A program made the position numbers and the translations under genes. Under the pieces are notes generated by a model. That model ran no database searches. It was not told where the DNA came from and was given only the letters and a program-made list of their open reading frames with translations. From Vicugna vicugna (Eukaryota): 64,000 nt of DNA. Below, piece by piece: positions 41,306 through 53,800 of the stretch. Each line of letters opens with the position of its first letter. Position 1 is the stretch's first letter. Location of the stretch: the NCBI GenBank assembly GCA_013265495.1, contig MU058423.1, forward strand, positions 3,673,061 to 3,737,060, in the 5' to 3' direction.

Positions 41306-41619
41306 CCACACACACACTTTTAAGGTGCTAAAACATCTTTAGGACCAACTAACGTGGAGAAACAGGAATTACCTGTAAGAGGAGAATGTAGGGGATGGAA
41401 GGGGTGAGGCGGTAATGATCTCGAAAACTTTCAGCTTCTGTGTTCTCAAGATGCTCTGTGCCTCCCCTCCCCCTTTCTCTGGGAAGTTCGGATGCCTCAA
41501 TTAATCCTTCGTTCCTCCGAGACCCTTTAAAAATTGCACTCGCCGTTTAGGGGGGTCCTAATAGGAACCCCCACTGAGTTACATTGTTCAGCCACTCTGT
41601 CCCCAAATCGGGAAGGCGT

Positions 41620-42520
41620 CCCGAGAGAAGATTTCCGGATGCCTGGGGTTGCGTGAGCTCCGCCGACCTGAGGGCTCGTGGTGGGCGGGGGCGCTGGGAT
41701 CCCACCGCGTCGCTCCCCACCCCTCCCCTCCCCGCCCAGGCCGCCGACCCCGGGCTAGGGCGGCGCGCGCTCTCCCACCCGCGCCTCTGGGGACTCGCAG
41801 ACGGCAGCGGGACGGGCCGGCGCGCTGGGCATGCTCAGTCGCCCGGCGCCGGGCTCGCGAGTCGGAAGCCTGTGCGCGGCCGCCGCCGCCGCCGCCGAGC
41901 CGGCCGGGGCGCACAGAGAGGGCGCGGACTCGCTGCAGCGGCGGCCGGGCGGCGGCGGACCCGGGCTGGGACCGGAGCCGAGCCCCGCGCGGGGCTCCCG
42001 ATACTCCCGCCGCGGCGCCCTCTCCCTCGCGCCGTCGCACCCTCGCAGGGAAGGGGCCGGCCCCGGCGGGCGTCGGTGGGGCGGAGGAACCGCGGCGGCG
42101 GCGGCGGCGGCGGCAGCCGCATCCTCGCCGCCTGCCCCGGCCCGGCAGCGTCCCGGAGCCGTCGGGCATGGAGCCTTGGAAGCAGTGCGCGCAGTGGCTC
42201 ATTCACTGCAAGGTGCTGCCCGCCAACCACCGGGTGACCTGGGACTCGGCGCAGGTGTTCGACCTGGCTCAGACCCTCCGCGATGGAGTCCTGCTCTGCC
42301 AGCTGCTCAACAACCTCCGTGCACACTCCATCAACCTGAAGGAGATCAACCTGAGGCCGCAGATGTCCCAGGTAAGGAGGCCGGCGCGGGCTCCTCCGCC
42401 TCCAGCCGGCGTCTCCCATAAATCAGCCGGCTAATTTCTTTGTGTAAATGCAAACATCTAGGTGCGCTCAGCTTGCCCGGCCTCGCAGCCTTCTGCTTTG
42501 GGGGTAAGTTTGGCTTCTTG
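41620..42520. promoter_or_regulatory. CpG island: VAV3 promoter and 5' UTR
   Basis: Very GC- and CpG-rich segment in an otherwise CpG-depleted window. It has GC boxes (GGGCGGGG, CCCCGCCC) and GCC/GGC triplet runs, and overlaps the start codon. Confidence 0.92.
42168..42371 (+). CDS. VAV3: VAV3 guanine nucleotide exchange factor, first coding exon (68 codons, N-terminal part of the calponin-homology domain)
   Basis: Translates to [68 protein letters not shown], matching the VAV3 N-terminus as I recall it (human has T instead of A at residue 19). ATG is in a strong context (ggcATGg). The exon is 204 nt and ends at a phase-0 donor CAG|GTAAGG. Confidence 0.97.
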
Positions 42521-45500
42521 TACCTTGGCTTGAGATGGTTTTAGCTCGTTAGCATGCTAGAGCCCTGCGTCCTGAGATGGTGAGGATTTCTTGCAGGCTT
42601 TCTGTGAGGCGGGAAAAAACAAGCTGTCTTACGGTGTCCTTAATCTACTTGGGTGTGTGTAGGGGTCGTGGTAGGGGAGGCAACGAAAGGAATTTGATCC
42701 AGCTTTTATAACAACGGTGGAGAGGAATGAAAGGAGCTGATGGGCGTGATTTTGCCTTCAGTCGGTTCTTTTGCTTTGCGTTTCTTCCCCATGTTTTCTC
42801 GAAAGAGGAACCATGACATAAATGAGGACTCTAGGAAGTGGAGGCCGTTCCGGTACCGTTATCTGTACAGGAATGACACCGGTCAAAGGCAGGAAAAGGG
42901 AGCACACCACAGCGGCTGCCCCTGAAAGCCCCCTGAGTCCGTGGCCAGCTGGCACGCTACAGGGCTGTGTTTACGGCTCGTCTTAAGCCATGTGAGAAGG
43001 AGGCAGGCCAGCCTCTCTCAGCAGCGACAGGAAACGAAGTTTCGTTCCAGATTCCGCTTTCCTTCATTCAGTGCTTGCTCAGGTGCTGTGGTGCACGCTT
43101 GGCTCCTGTGGCTGGAGCCTGTCCTGGAGGTGTCTCTTCGAGGGCTGAAAAACAGTGCAATTCTGGAAGGCTGTGTGCACCCTAGAGTAAACTCAAAAGT
43201 CACAGCTCAGTGGAACGGTAGTTTCTTGGTCTCGTCAGAAAGTTTTCATGCGGAAAGCAGTTAAAACACATTTCAGCACATCTGTTTTCTCTTTCACAGT
43301 GTAAAAAACCACTTTTAGCTTAAAAGGGAGACGAGACAGTCCCCTCCACAACACACTGCGGCACTCCTCCTGAATGATAACAGAGCCTCAGCTACTTAGT
43401 GACCAGAACAGTGCCTTTTACAGCGGAACCAACTTTATGTAATGTCATAATTATGTATTTAAGGTTGGAGATGCACATTCCTCTCTTCTTCTTGATGTCA
43501 GTATTTCATCAGGGCTCCTCTGCACCTCAGATTCTACATCCCTTGCCTCTCTGCCTTCAACCTGGTGGTTTCCAGCCCCCAAGAAGGAACAGGCTTGTAA
43601 GTGGTGAAAACGATATGGTTTTCATACTCTCCTGTAATCCTGGGTGGTGATTGCGAACTCTGTGTACCCCGTAAGAGTTGTCCCAATTCAGGATATCCTG
43701 TTGAAGGGTTTAGCAGACATTTCCTAATAGGTGGGAGCTGCTGCACTGAACAGAGTGTTCTAGGGAGCTGAAGTTGGTTATCCAATCTGATTCCCATTTT
43801 CTACCTGGCTTATAGCCTCAGGAGGCTGCATGGGTTAGGATGCCTTTGCCCACCAGCAGGGAATACCTTAACTGTGCACATTTCCTGAGACTTCACTTGC
43901 TTGGAACACTGGGTGGTGGTCAGCGTAGGGGAGGTGGTGCATTAAGTTGTTCTCAATAATCAAGTATTCTGGACAGCTGAGATCTCCTCTTTCAACCTTC
44001 TAACCTTTACTTGAATGTTATCAGTGGATGAAGGTCTTTTCAAATGTGTTTTTGCTCTTTCTTCTTGTAGAGTGTATCTAATATCTAATGTAACTTAATC
44101 TTTTTTATGGCTGAGGATCGTCAGTGAAAACTGAGCATGTATGCTGCTCTAAGAACTCTGTTGCCTGTTGAGGGTACTACGCTGAACACCCCAGGATCCC
44201 TGCCCTAAAGGAATCATTACACCTTATTACACTCTTCTATCAGATAAGCCACCAGGTTATAATGAGCTAAACACCTGAATGACCTTAGGTGGTTGTGCTT
44301 TTGGGTTCTAAGCCTGAGTTTTCTTGTTTCAAATTCAGTGTATTTTTCCCAGTAATGTCCTATGAGAGAGTAATGTCCCCAACTTCTCCCAAAAGTGAAC
44401 CCTGGAAGGCTAGTGTCTGAATATGGTGGTGTCTTTTTGCTCCCTTCTTGATTCTTGGCCACACTGCAGAGAGAGAAGGTTGCTGAATAGCTGAGTGCTA
44501 GACAGGTGAGTTTGTATGATACAGGTTGTCCTTAAATGCTTAAATGAGGCTTAGTAAATGGTTTCATTAAATAGTCCAGTGACATATTTCACCTGCCTAC
44601 AGTGCCCAGCAGGTACTGTGCACTTAACAGATGTTCACTATTAGCAAAATTACTTAAAACATTTTTTCCCCTACTATTGTCACATTGAGTAACAGGTTAC
44701 AATCAAAATTTTAAAACAGTTGCGAGGCTACAGATTCCTTTGGGCTGACGTCTATGTCTTCCTCTAACACTCATATCTTTCCTGGTGAAGGTTCTGGCTG
44801 CTTCTGGTTCTGCTTCCCCTGCGCCAGCAGCTCAGTTCATACTGTGTGGCGAATAACCGAGTAACTCACCTTGCCATGTGCCAGCTGACTTTACCTTCAG
44901 AATTTTGACCTGTCATTATGAGGACTTGCGGCTTTTGCCATGTCTCAGAGTCATTCTGCCCACCTGACTTAGGTCCTGTTGACGATACTAATTTGAAGTA
45001 AACGATTTCCTTATAGCACCTGACCTTCTAAGCCAGGAAGTAACTGGAGGCTCTCACGTCAGTTTTGTGGTATTTGAGAGACTATTATAAACAGATGCTG
45101 ACCAGAGAAATTTTAGTATATCGATATCTTGCTTTGTTGCTTGTTTTCAATTTTGCAGAAAGAGGCTATAAAATGAGTAGCCTCTTTTGATAAGACTTTA
45201 TCTCCAATGAGTGTAATTTCTTCCCATTCTCTTTGTTAGCCTTCTGCCTTGTTTGTGTTAAAACGTAGTAACCCTGCAAATAATTAAACAATTATAGGTT
45301 TGAATCTTGGAGTCTTAATTAATTGTCCTTCTAAATAAAATTATAAATGGGATCCCAGTTCTCTTACTTAGTAAGTGTTCTTTTTGGCTGTGGACATTAG
45401 CCTTTTTTGGGTCTTGCTCTGTTGGTAGGAGGACAATCTTCTTCAGTTCAAAATAAGTCCTTTTTGGTTTTTTTTGAACTTTGATTAAGGTTTGTTTTTT

Positions 45501-45964
45501 ATTCAAGTGATAGTCATTAATCACATTTACTTACACATTTAACATGTTCCTTGTATAAAGAATAAAAATTAAATAAAATCCAGGTGATCCATGGGAATCC
45601 ACACAATCCCTGAAATCTGGTCTCTGCATGCACTCAGTAGGCATTTTAGTTCTGCATCCAGAACAGTGTTCTGGCTGGGATACCAGGCGCACAGATGATT
45701 CTGGAAGAGAAGCTCCGCCGGGGGTGCCGTGTGGGAGACAGCGGCCTGGGGGCTCTATGTGACTTTTGGTGGTTAAGGAGGTATCACAGGTAAAAGCCGA
45801 CAACCAACCATACCTCTGTCATCAATGAAATTACTATTTTGTAATTTAAAACTTTGCTTTATATTGTGTCTTAGGATGGGAATAATACATTTGCTGATGA
45901 ATTTATTGACCACTATGTACAGTGTAGGTAAACTTTGAATTTTCTTATTATCCAGGTTTTAAGG

Positions 45965-47410
45965 ATTCCTTCAACAAATATTTGTTCCTACTATGTGCCA
46001 AGCACTGTTTGAGACTCTGGCTTAGGGCAGTAAATAAACTCTAGAAAGTCCCTACCCTAAAAGGACTTTTGTTTTAGTTGAGGGTGGAGGACAGTAAGTA
46101 AAATACATGGTTATATCATGTGATGGGCTCTGAACCTTGGTAAAGGACTAGAGTGAAGTGCAGTTTGATTTTATAGAAGGTACTCATGAAAGGCTTCTCT
46201 GAGGAGGTGACATTGAGCAGGGAATGTGGATGTTTGAAAGAATATTCCTGGCAGAGGGGACATCAGGTGCAAAGGTCTGGAGGTAATTAAATGGCGGGTA
46301 AACTGGAGGAACAGCAGGCAGGCCAGCGCGCTGGAGGAGAGTGAGTGTGGGAAAGAGCGGTAGGGATGAGGTCAGAGGGAGAACGGGAGCCAGAGTTTTA
46401 GGATTTGTGGGCCACTGTAAGGACTCTGACTTTCACCCTGAGTGAAATAGGAATCCGGTGACCTGATTTACCTTCCAACAGGGTTACTCCGGCCATGTGT
46501 TGAGAACAGAGCAGCGAGGATGGAAGTGGTCAGGCCAACGCAGTTATTCGGGCAAGTGACGGTGGCGGCTCTGGCAGGAGTGATAGCAGGGTGGGTGGTG
46601 AGAAAGAATCCAACTCTGGGTGTGTTTTGAAGGTAGAGCCAGAAGGGGTTTGCTGATGGAATCAGATTATGGGTAAGAAAAGAAGAGGGGAGCTAAGAAT
46701 GACTCCAGGATCTTTGGCCTGAGGAATTGGAATGATGGAGTTGCCATTTGCTGAGATGGAGAAGGCTGGAGGAAGAAGAGCTTTGGGGAGGGCGGAGGTG
46801 GTAGGGAGAAGGGGGCTGCTGGGGGAAGGACAGGGGGGAAGGGAGAGGGCAGGGGTGATCTGGGGAAAGTGCTGCCTGAAATGCCCAGCGGGCATCTAGG
46901 TGCTGAGCAGGCAGCTGGAGGAGTTGGAGATGTTGCTGTGAAGTTCAGTCTTCAGGGTATAGGTGGTATTTAAAATCACAGCACTGGATGACATCACATT
47001 GGGAGTAGTGTAGAAAGGACAGGTTGGAGGCGTGAGCCGTGGGGCCTGGCCCTGTGTCAAGGGTAGAGAGACGAGAACCTGTACAGGAGTTGGGAGGGCA
47101 TGGCCCCCAGGGTAGGAGGGAAGCCCGCAATGCAGTTCTAGCAAACCAGGTGAATAAAGTGTTTCTAGGAGGAGTGGTCAGACATGTCAATGCTACTGTT
47201 CATGTAAAAGACGTATTGAAGATAGAATATTGTATTAAACAATGTAAAGTTCTTTGGTGACCTTGACAAAGACCGATTTGGTGTGTGATGGGCAAACACT
47301 CTACTGAAGAAGAAGGGTGAATAGGAGAGGATCTGGACCACGAGTACAGACGTGTGTTTGGGGTCATTTGGCTGTAGAGAGAGCAGATAAATGGGATAGT
47401 GGCTAGTAAG
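45965..47410 (-). mobile_element. L2 LINE, long degraded fragment
   Basis: Starts with the L2 3' end reversed (TTCAACAAATATTTG...CTACTATGTGCCAAGCACTG), followed by purine-rich L2 motifs (GGCTTCTCTGAGGAGGTGACATTGAGC, GATGGAGTTGCCATTTGCTGAGATGG). Confidence 0.8.
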
Positions 47411-48389
47411 GGAAAAGAGATCGACGGTTCTTTTCCTATCATATAGAATTTTTACTTGATACCTATGATAGCTTTTTTAGATTTAGATAGATTTTTTACC
47501 ATATGGCACACTTGTATATATGTGTACCTCTGGAAAAAATATATGTATATAAGAACGTATAAGTGAACTATCTTTAATGTTTTCCTAAAACTTCTTTTCA
47601 TTCCAGTTGCTACTCCACTAAATACCATTTCAAGTCAGCCATTGATTTCCACTTTTTTTTTTCACATATTTTCCGCTGAGCACCAAGTGTTGGTGATACA
47701 GCATTTGTCAAAGAGTACACCAGTTTTGTCCCCAGGATTTCCTTCCAAGCTACTAACATGCAGTTGGGTTTTTATTACTGTTACTACTTAAAGAAAACTT
47801 TATTTCTGCTATACATAATTGTAAATTGTTTAAAAACTAAGATTATATTAGTCTTAACATTAAGGTATGCTTTCCAAATGCATGTCTGCATTCCTTCCTC
47901 ACTGCCCCTGCCCCCCAAGCCCTGCAAGGCAGTGCTGTGTGAGGATTTTTGGGTTATACTGAAGAGATTAAAAAAAAAAAAAAGAGCCATCATTTTCCTA
48001 AAAAGAATGATGTGCTGGTGACATTTTTAGCCACTCAGCTCAGAATAATGTCATTATTTAGTCTTTCTTCTCAGAAGTCAGCAACCTCTTTGCCATTTGT
48101 TGGATTATTCTCTTGGCCAGCATAATTTTAAACTTGACACCAATCAAGATCTTTTCATGTGAAGTAGGTCAGGCATCCTAAGCACTTGTTCTGTCTGCAT
48201 ACTTGATGGCTTAACCTGGGCTCTCTAGGAATTGGAGCCTGGGCTAAAGGACTGAAGTGCTGGAACTTTTATTGGTGAGGTACAGTCCCATGGCTGTGAG
48301 GGTGACGAAAATGAGAAAGTGCCTTTTTTTTTTTAAGATGAGGAAAATTATATCATGTTTGTAATGCAAATAGGGTTGATCCAATATAG

Positions 48390-50830
48390 ATCACCACTGA
48401 TTTCCTAATTTTCAAATACAGCAGACCCTTTTAAATTATTTTTCTTAAACTCTCAGTGGCAGTTCATATTAGTGACTTCCTTTCCTCCTGAAACTTAACC
48501 CTCACCACACTACACTCTCCTGGTTCTCTTGTACCTTTTATTTTCCTTCTCAGCTTCCTTTGCTGGCTTCTCGTTTTCTAAACATTCCTTAAGAATTTTA
48601 GGGTTTTCTCCTTTGTTGCCTTTTTTCGTATCCTCGTCCCTGTATGATCTCATGACATTGTGGAGTTGCCTCTTCTCATCCCCTAATGGACCCCACGTTC
48701 ATGTTGACACCCTGTGTCTGCATGTTTTATGCCCCACCTCTCTGGTGACAGTCACTTCATGGATGGAGGGATGAGGACCACGTGATCAGAATTCACGGTA
48801 GAATGTCCCTCACTGCAAAGGGAAGGATGAACTGGACGGGGCAGAGCTGGGCACGAGAGAGACTCCTGCTCAAGTTTGGTTGGAAGGGGATGAGGCCAGT
48901 GGGTGTGAGGCCAGACAAGGGGTGGGAGTGGAGGGATAGAGAGGAACGGAAAAGATCAGAGATGGCGAAGAGTTGTAATGAGCAAGACGTTGGGACCTCT
49001 TAGATGCAGGGAGAGTGGAGAGTGTCTAGGACGAGCCCCAGTTTCAGGCCTGGCTGATGAGGAGGCGCAGATTTCAGAGGGAGAGGGAGCACGCTCACTT
49101 TTGGATGTTGAGTTTGCAGTTATTACCAGTTACCTTCCGGATTCTGTTTCCAGCATCCTACTCTCTTACTAACCCTTCCTTTCTGGATTATTCTACTCAT
49201 ACCGAAAACTCAGCAATCTTTTGAACTCCTGGTCCCACAACCTCTTCACTGCCTTCTTGCCTTCACTTCCTTCCTACTCAGCTTAATTACCATAGCCAGT
49301 AAACTTACTTCCTTAGCTTCTCTTGCTTGGTGATACTCGTTCGCATAAAATACAACCCTGGTTAAATCCAGCTTTCTACTTATTCCCTGCCTGCAACTCA
49401 GCTGTTGAACCTGGTGAAGGAAAATCTATATCCCCTGCCTGTTCTCGCTTTCAGTTCACGATCCCTACTCTAAGGTGAGCATCTGGGCTACCCAGCCATA
49501 TGATGACCTTTCTCTAGACCAGAGCTTCTTAAACAAGGATCTGAGGATTTCTGGTAGTTCCTAAAATGCTTTCAGGGGTTCCCTAAGTTCAAGCACTCTT
49601 TTTATAATAATATTAAGAAATTATCTGCCTTTTCTCACAAGTGTATGGCTGAGTCTCCCAAAAGCTACATGATGCTGCTTGTGTCATCGCTGTGATTATG
49701 TGCTCGTGGATGTTTTAAAGATTTCTCAGTTGGAATCCCAGTTTGGAATCCCAGCATGTTAAATGTTGATAGCTATAACCCCCATAAATAAAAGCTGCTG
49801 AGGAGTCTTGATAATTATTTCTTTAAGAGTGTAAAGCGGTGCTGAGACCAGTTAGTTTGAGAACTGCCCTAGACCATTCAGTTTCTGACTCTCCCAGATG
49901 CCTATCTGGTACCTTTTCTTCTCGAACCTCCATCTCCATCCTTCCACTCAACTGGTGATCTTGCTTCCTCTTCCATTGAGAAAACAGAGACAGAGGAGAG
50001 CTTCCTCAGGCTCCCACCTTCCTGCGTCTTGCCTGGAGATGGTGCTTTCTCTCCTGTTCTGTGGGTGAACCATCAGTGCTCCTAGCAAAGGCCAGTTCCT
50101 CCTTCCCTGCATCCCTGTGCTTCCCTGCATCATCCGTTCTCTCCTGGATCATTCGGTTGCACGCACACGTGCTGCTATTTCTCTCATTTAATTCAGGATA
50201 TAGTTTCAAGGTTGAGCCACAAAGACTTGCTGATGAACACTGGCTGTGATGCAGAGTGACTAAGGACTCCTAAAGCTTGAGCTGAACTACTGGGGCAGGT
50301 GGTTAGTCTAAACTCTTTATAACTGTTGAATGGTTCCCTATGGACCATGGGATAAAATCCAGGCTCCTTAGTAAGCATTCAGGAGCCCATGGTCTGGTCC
50401 TGCTTCATGTCTCAAAGCTCTTTCCAACTGTGCTCTTAACCTTTTTGTGGCTTCTCATATGAAGTATGCTATTAAATGTCTCTGTGCTATTGCATATGCC
50501 CATTTCTCTGCTTAAAATGCCCCTTTTCATTTGTCTGAATGAAGATTTGGTTCAAGAGTCACCTTTGCAGTGAGGACTGCCCAACTCCTCCCGCAGGTGT
50601 GGCTGATGATGTGATTGCGTGCTACTTTGTTTCACCCTGGATAGAGTACGTGGGTGGAGTGCATCTTTGCACTGTTTTGCAACCTTCCTCTTATCTGTCT
50701 CCTTTCCAGGCTGTGACCTGCTTGAGGCTGCCATAGACTTGAATTTATATCCGTCTCTGGAAATTGACATAGGGACTCATGTGTAACATGCATACATAGA
50801 TAGGCATTAATTAAACTTCTTGATGGATTG
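48390..50830. mobile_element. Cluster of L2 fragments in both orientations
   Basis: Alternating pyrimidine-rich and purine-rich L2-like motifs (CTCTCCTGGTTCTC, GGATGTTGAGTTTG, GGATAAAATCCAGGCTCCTTAG). Boundaries are uncertain. Confidence 0.55.
49520..49866. mobile_element. hAT-Charlie DNA transposon relic nested in L2
   Basis: Degenerate TIRs (CAGAGCTTCTTAAAC ... GTTTGAGAACTG) with an 8-bp TSD CTCTAGAC (49512-49519) / CCCTAGAC (49867-49874), the TSD length typical of hAT. Confidence 0.7.
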
Positions 50831-53800
50831 AAAATGAAAACTCTTTGTTTACTACCTTGTCAGACATACTTACATAAAATTTAATAAGGTGTGCTAAGCA
50901 CATTAAAACCCCCAAACATCTGTTCATTAAGTGGCATTGCTAATAATAGCAAATAACATTACTCTGCTCCTTAGCACCTGAATGACTTTCAGGAAGTGAC
51001 TGAACCTGTCTGTCCTTCAACTTCCTCATCTCAAAAATAATAATTGAACCTACCTCCTAGAGTGGTTGTGAGGACTAAATGAACTAATTGGCCTTGTGAT
51101 TGGCATGGAACAAATACTCAATAATGTTAACTGCTTTCACTATGGTTCCTGCTGCTGCCTCTGCAGAAACAGGCGAGGCAGCGTGGTAACACCTTCCTTG
51201 CATCATCTCATCTCATCGTCACGGCCCCTTGAGATGCTTGAGATGCGCTGCTGCTTCTCCCCATGATGCTCTGCAAGGCCAAGAGGAGTTAGTAGCTTGT
51301 ACTAACGAGTAGTTTGTGGTGGAGGCAAGCTTAGAACGAGCCCATTTGAAGTAAACTGAGTTCCCATCAGCAAGGCTGTTGGCACATCTGAATGTGAATG
51401 TGAGGACTTTTTCTTTTTTTCACTGTATTTTGCTCGCGTGGCATTGCTGTGAAGTTGCGTGGCTGTCAATAGCACCTCCATACTAAGTTGGATATGGAGT
51501 CATAATTTTGGTTTAGGGTATTGAGTGTATCAATGGGATGGTTTTATACCCATTTATACACTCACACGAATCAGTGTAAAGTGGCAGATAGACTTTTGAC
51601 AGATACACGATGGAAAAAGGAAGTCAAAGCAGATGGAAAAACTGAGGAGGGTTAACAAGAGGAAAGGAGCAAGTGAGTGTGGCGGCTCCTTTTTGGCCTT
51701 TGAACACTGTGCCTCGTGACACTTGGTCCGGAACACGTGGTTTCATGCGCAGCTCTTGGGCAGGGTCAGGACTGCTTACATTTCCCTGGGCAGCAGGAAC
51801 ACCATTGCTTTAAATAATTTCAAGTAATTTAATTTGAATGCTTTCCAATAATTCTCTCTTTTTTTTCCTGTGTTATAACCATTCTCTTTGTAAGTTCAGA
51901 CATCTATTGTTAGCTGTTGTTTGGAACATTACCCTACTCTTTTCTTTTCCCTGTCAACACAGACCCTGCATGGTATGAAGGACAGCCACAAATTTATGTC
52001 CTGCCTTTCCCTGGGCTTGCGCATTTAAAGGACAGATCCATGAGCAGCCAAGAAGTAGCTCCTTTTGAGTTTCATGGGAAACTGTTTTAAATTGTATTTT
52101 GTGCTGCTATCTGAATGCACTTTCAAAATCTGTGTTGCAAGAAGTGTAGTCAGCTTCTGAGCAGCTTGCTTAACAGGAAGCTGGCAGGATATGCTACTCA
52201 CATGGGAGTTCTCTAAAGGGTCAATTAATATGGAATATTTAATGGGACACTTGATACTCACCTTCCATGATTTTCAAAGTGCCTGTCTTAAAATAGATCT
52301 GTAACAGCTGGTCTGAATAAACAAGCATCATGCCTCTGTGCCCGCTAATGTCAGGAGCCTTTTCCTGGGGGTGTGGGGCAGTGTGGTCAATGAAGAGACT
52401 TCAGGCCAGGAGTCAGGAGACCCAGGTTCCATTCCCAGCTCGGTCTCTGACATGTGACCTTAGCAGATACCTGCTTCTCTTTGTCTCTGCCTTCCACACT
52501 CACAGCAGTGATAGCAAATACTTACATATATGGTAATGTGCCCAAAAGCAGCTACATTTCTTGCACGTATTTAAATCACACTTAGAAGGCATTGCGTTTC
52601 ACGAAGAGAGCTTTGGGACAAGGCAGAAATATTTGAATCCCAGCTCTGGCCCTTAACGTTCCCAAGGTCATATCATAGAATTGCTGCTTTACTTGTTGAG
52701 TCTCAGTTTCCTCATAAAATAGGCCAGAAATAGTAAAGCCGACTTTGCAGGATGTGGTGAGAATTAAATAATGTATGTAAAATGCCTGGGCACAGTAGGT
52801 ATTCAGCAAGATTTTATTTCCTTCCTCCTCCCCGCCACCTCCTTGTTCCTTTAAGTCTGAGAGGCAGGAAGAACGAGATCTTATCTCTGCTCTCCAGAGG
52901 AGAATGAGATGTGCACTGGCTAAAGGACTTTCCTCAAGGTCACATGGACAGGAAGTGGTAAAGACAGGACTTGAGTCCAGTTGTCCTAACACCAGATTCA
53001 GTGACGTTTCCCATGCCTGCCACCAAGCCCAGCTGAGAAGTGGTGAATTACCTGAGCAAATGACTGGGGACAGGCTTGGAGAGAGCACAGCCTGCTCTGC
53101 ACATGTAAAGTGACATTGTATTATTTTGCACTGAAATTTACTGCATTTAAAATAGAAACATCTAAAATAATGAAACCAGTTTTCAGTTATTTTAGAGTCT
53201 GAGTGTCTAGTTTGTGGATTGTTTGCTTTTTGGTAATTTTGTAGCTTTTCTGCTTTCTGTGGTTCTGTTTTCATGGGAATGTGTGCATATGAGTTGATTG
53301 ATTAATCACATTATCAGTTTGTCTGTAGTAGATTCTAAGGATTCAAAGGTGAGTAGAACTCAGTCCCTGACCCTGTATTGCTTTTGGTCTGTACAGCGTG
53401 GATTTTACCTCAGACATGCCCTTATACACAGGGGGATGGGAAGGGAGACATGAGTTAGGCTGATGGGCATGACAGATGCTTCGTAGATGGGTGATGCTTT
53501 TTTGGATGCATTGTTCATTTTGCTGATGTGCACGGGATGACATTGTCACAGAATGGATTGTGTGTGTGCCTGGCTCAAGGTATTTCTCTCCTTTCCATAG
53601 ACGTTTGTCTGGGGCCTCCTCCTGTGTGCAGGGCACTGAAGGCATAGGGTGAATAGTGTGAAGTTTCTGCTTTGGGGGGCTGGGGAGAAAGCAGATTTGA
53701 CCTTGGAGTGAGGCTTTTGCAAGCATGCAGAAAGGAAACATGTCGTTGGATGTTACAGGCCCTTGCAGGAGTGCACGCAGCTGGGTGAGAGAGCCGCGAC

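Noticed and set aside
41827..41836. p53 half-site GGGCATGCTC in the VAV3 promoter
   Set aside because: A single decamer with no adjacent second half-site is expected by chance.
41649..42434. 261-aa ORF suggesting an N-terminally extended VAV3
   Set aside because: It starts at TTG. The upstream part is low-complexity R/P/A/G sequence, open because GC-rich DNA lacks stops, and several overlapping frames on both strands are open too. The 3' part reads through the splice donor. Only 42168-42371 is supported.
52582..53274. 230-aa minus-strand ORF in intron 1
   Set aside because: It runs across MIR relics, resembles no known domain, and has no splice or promoter support.
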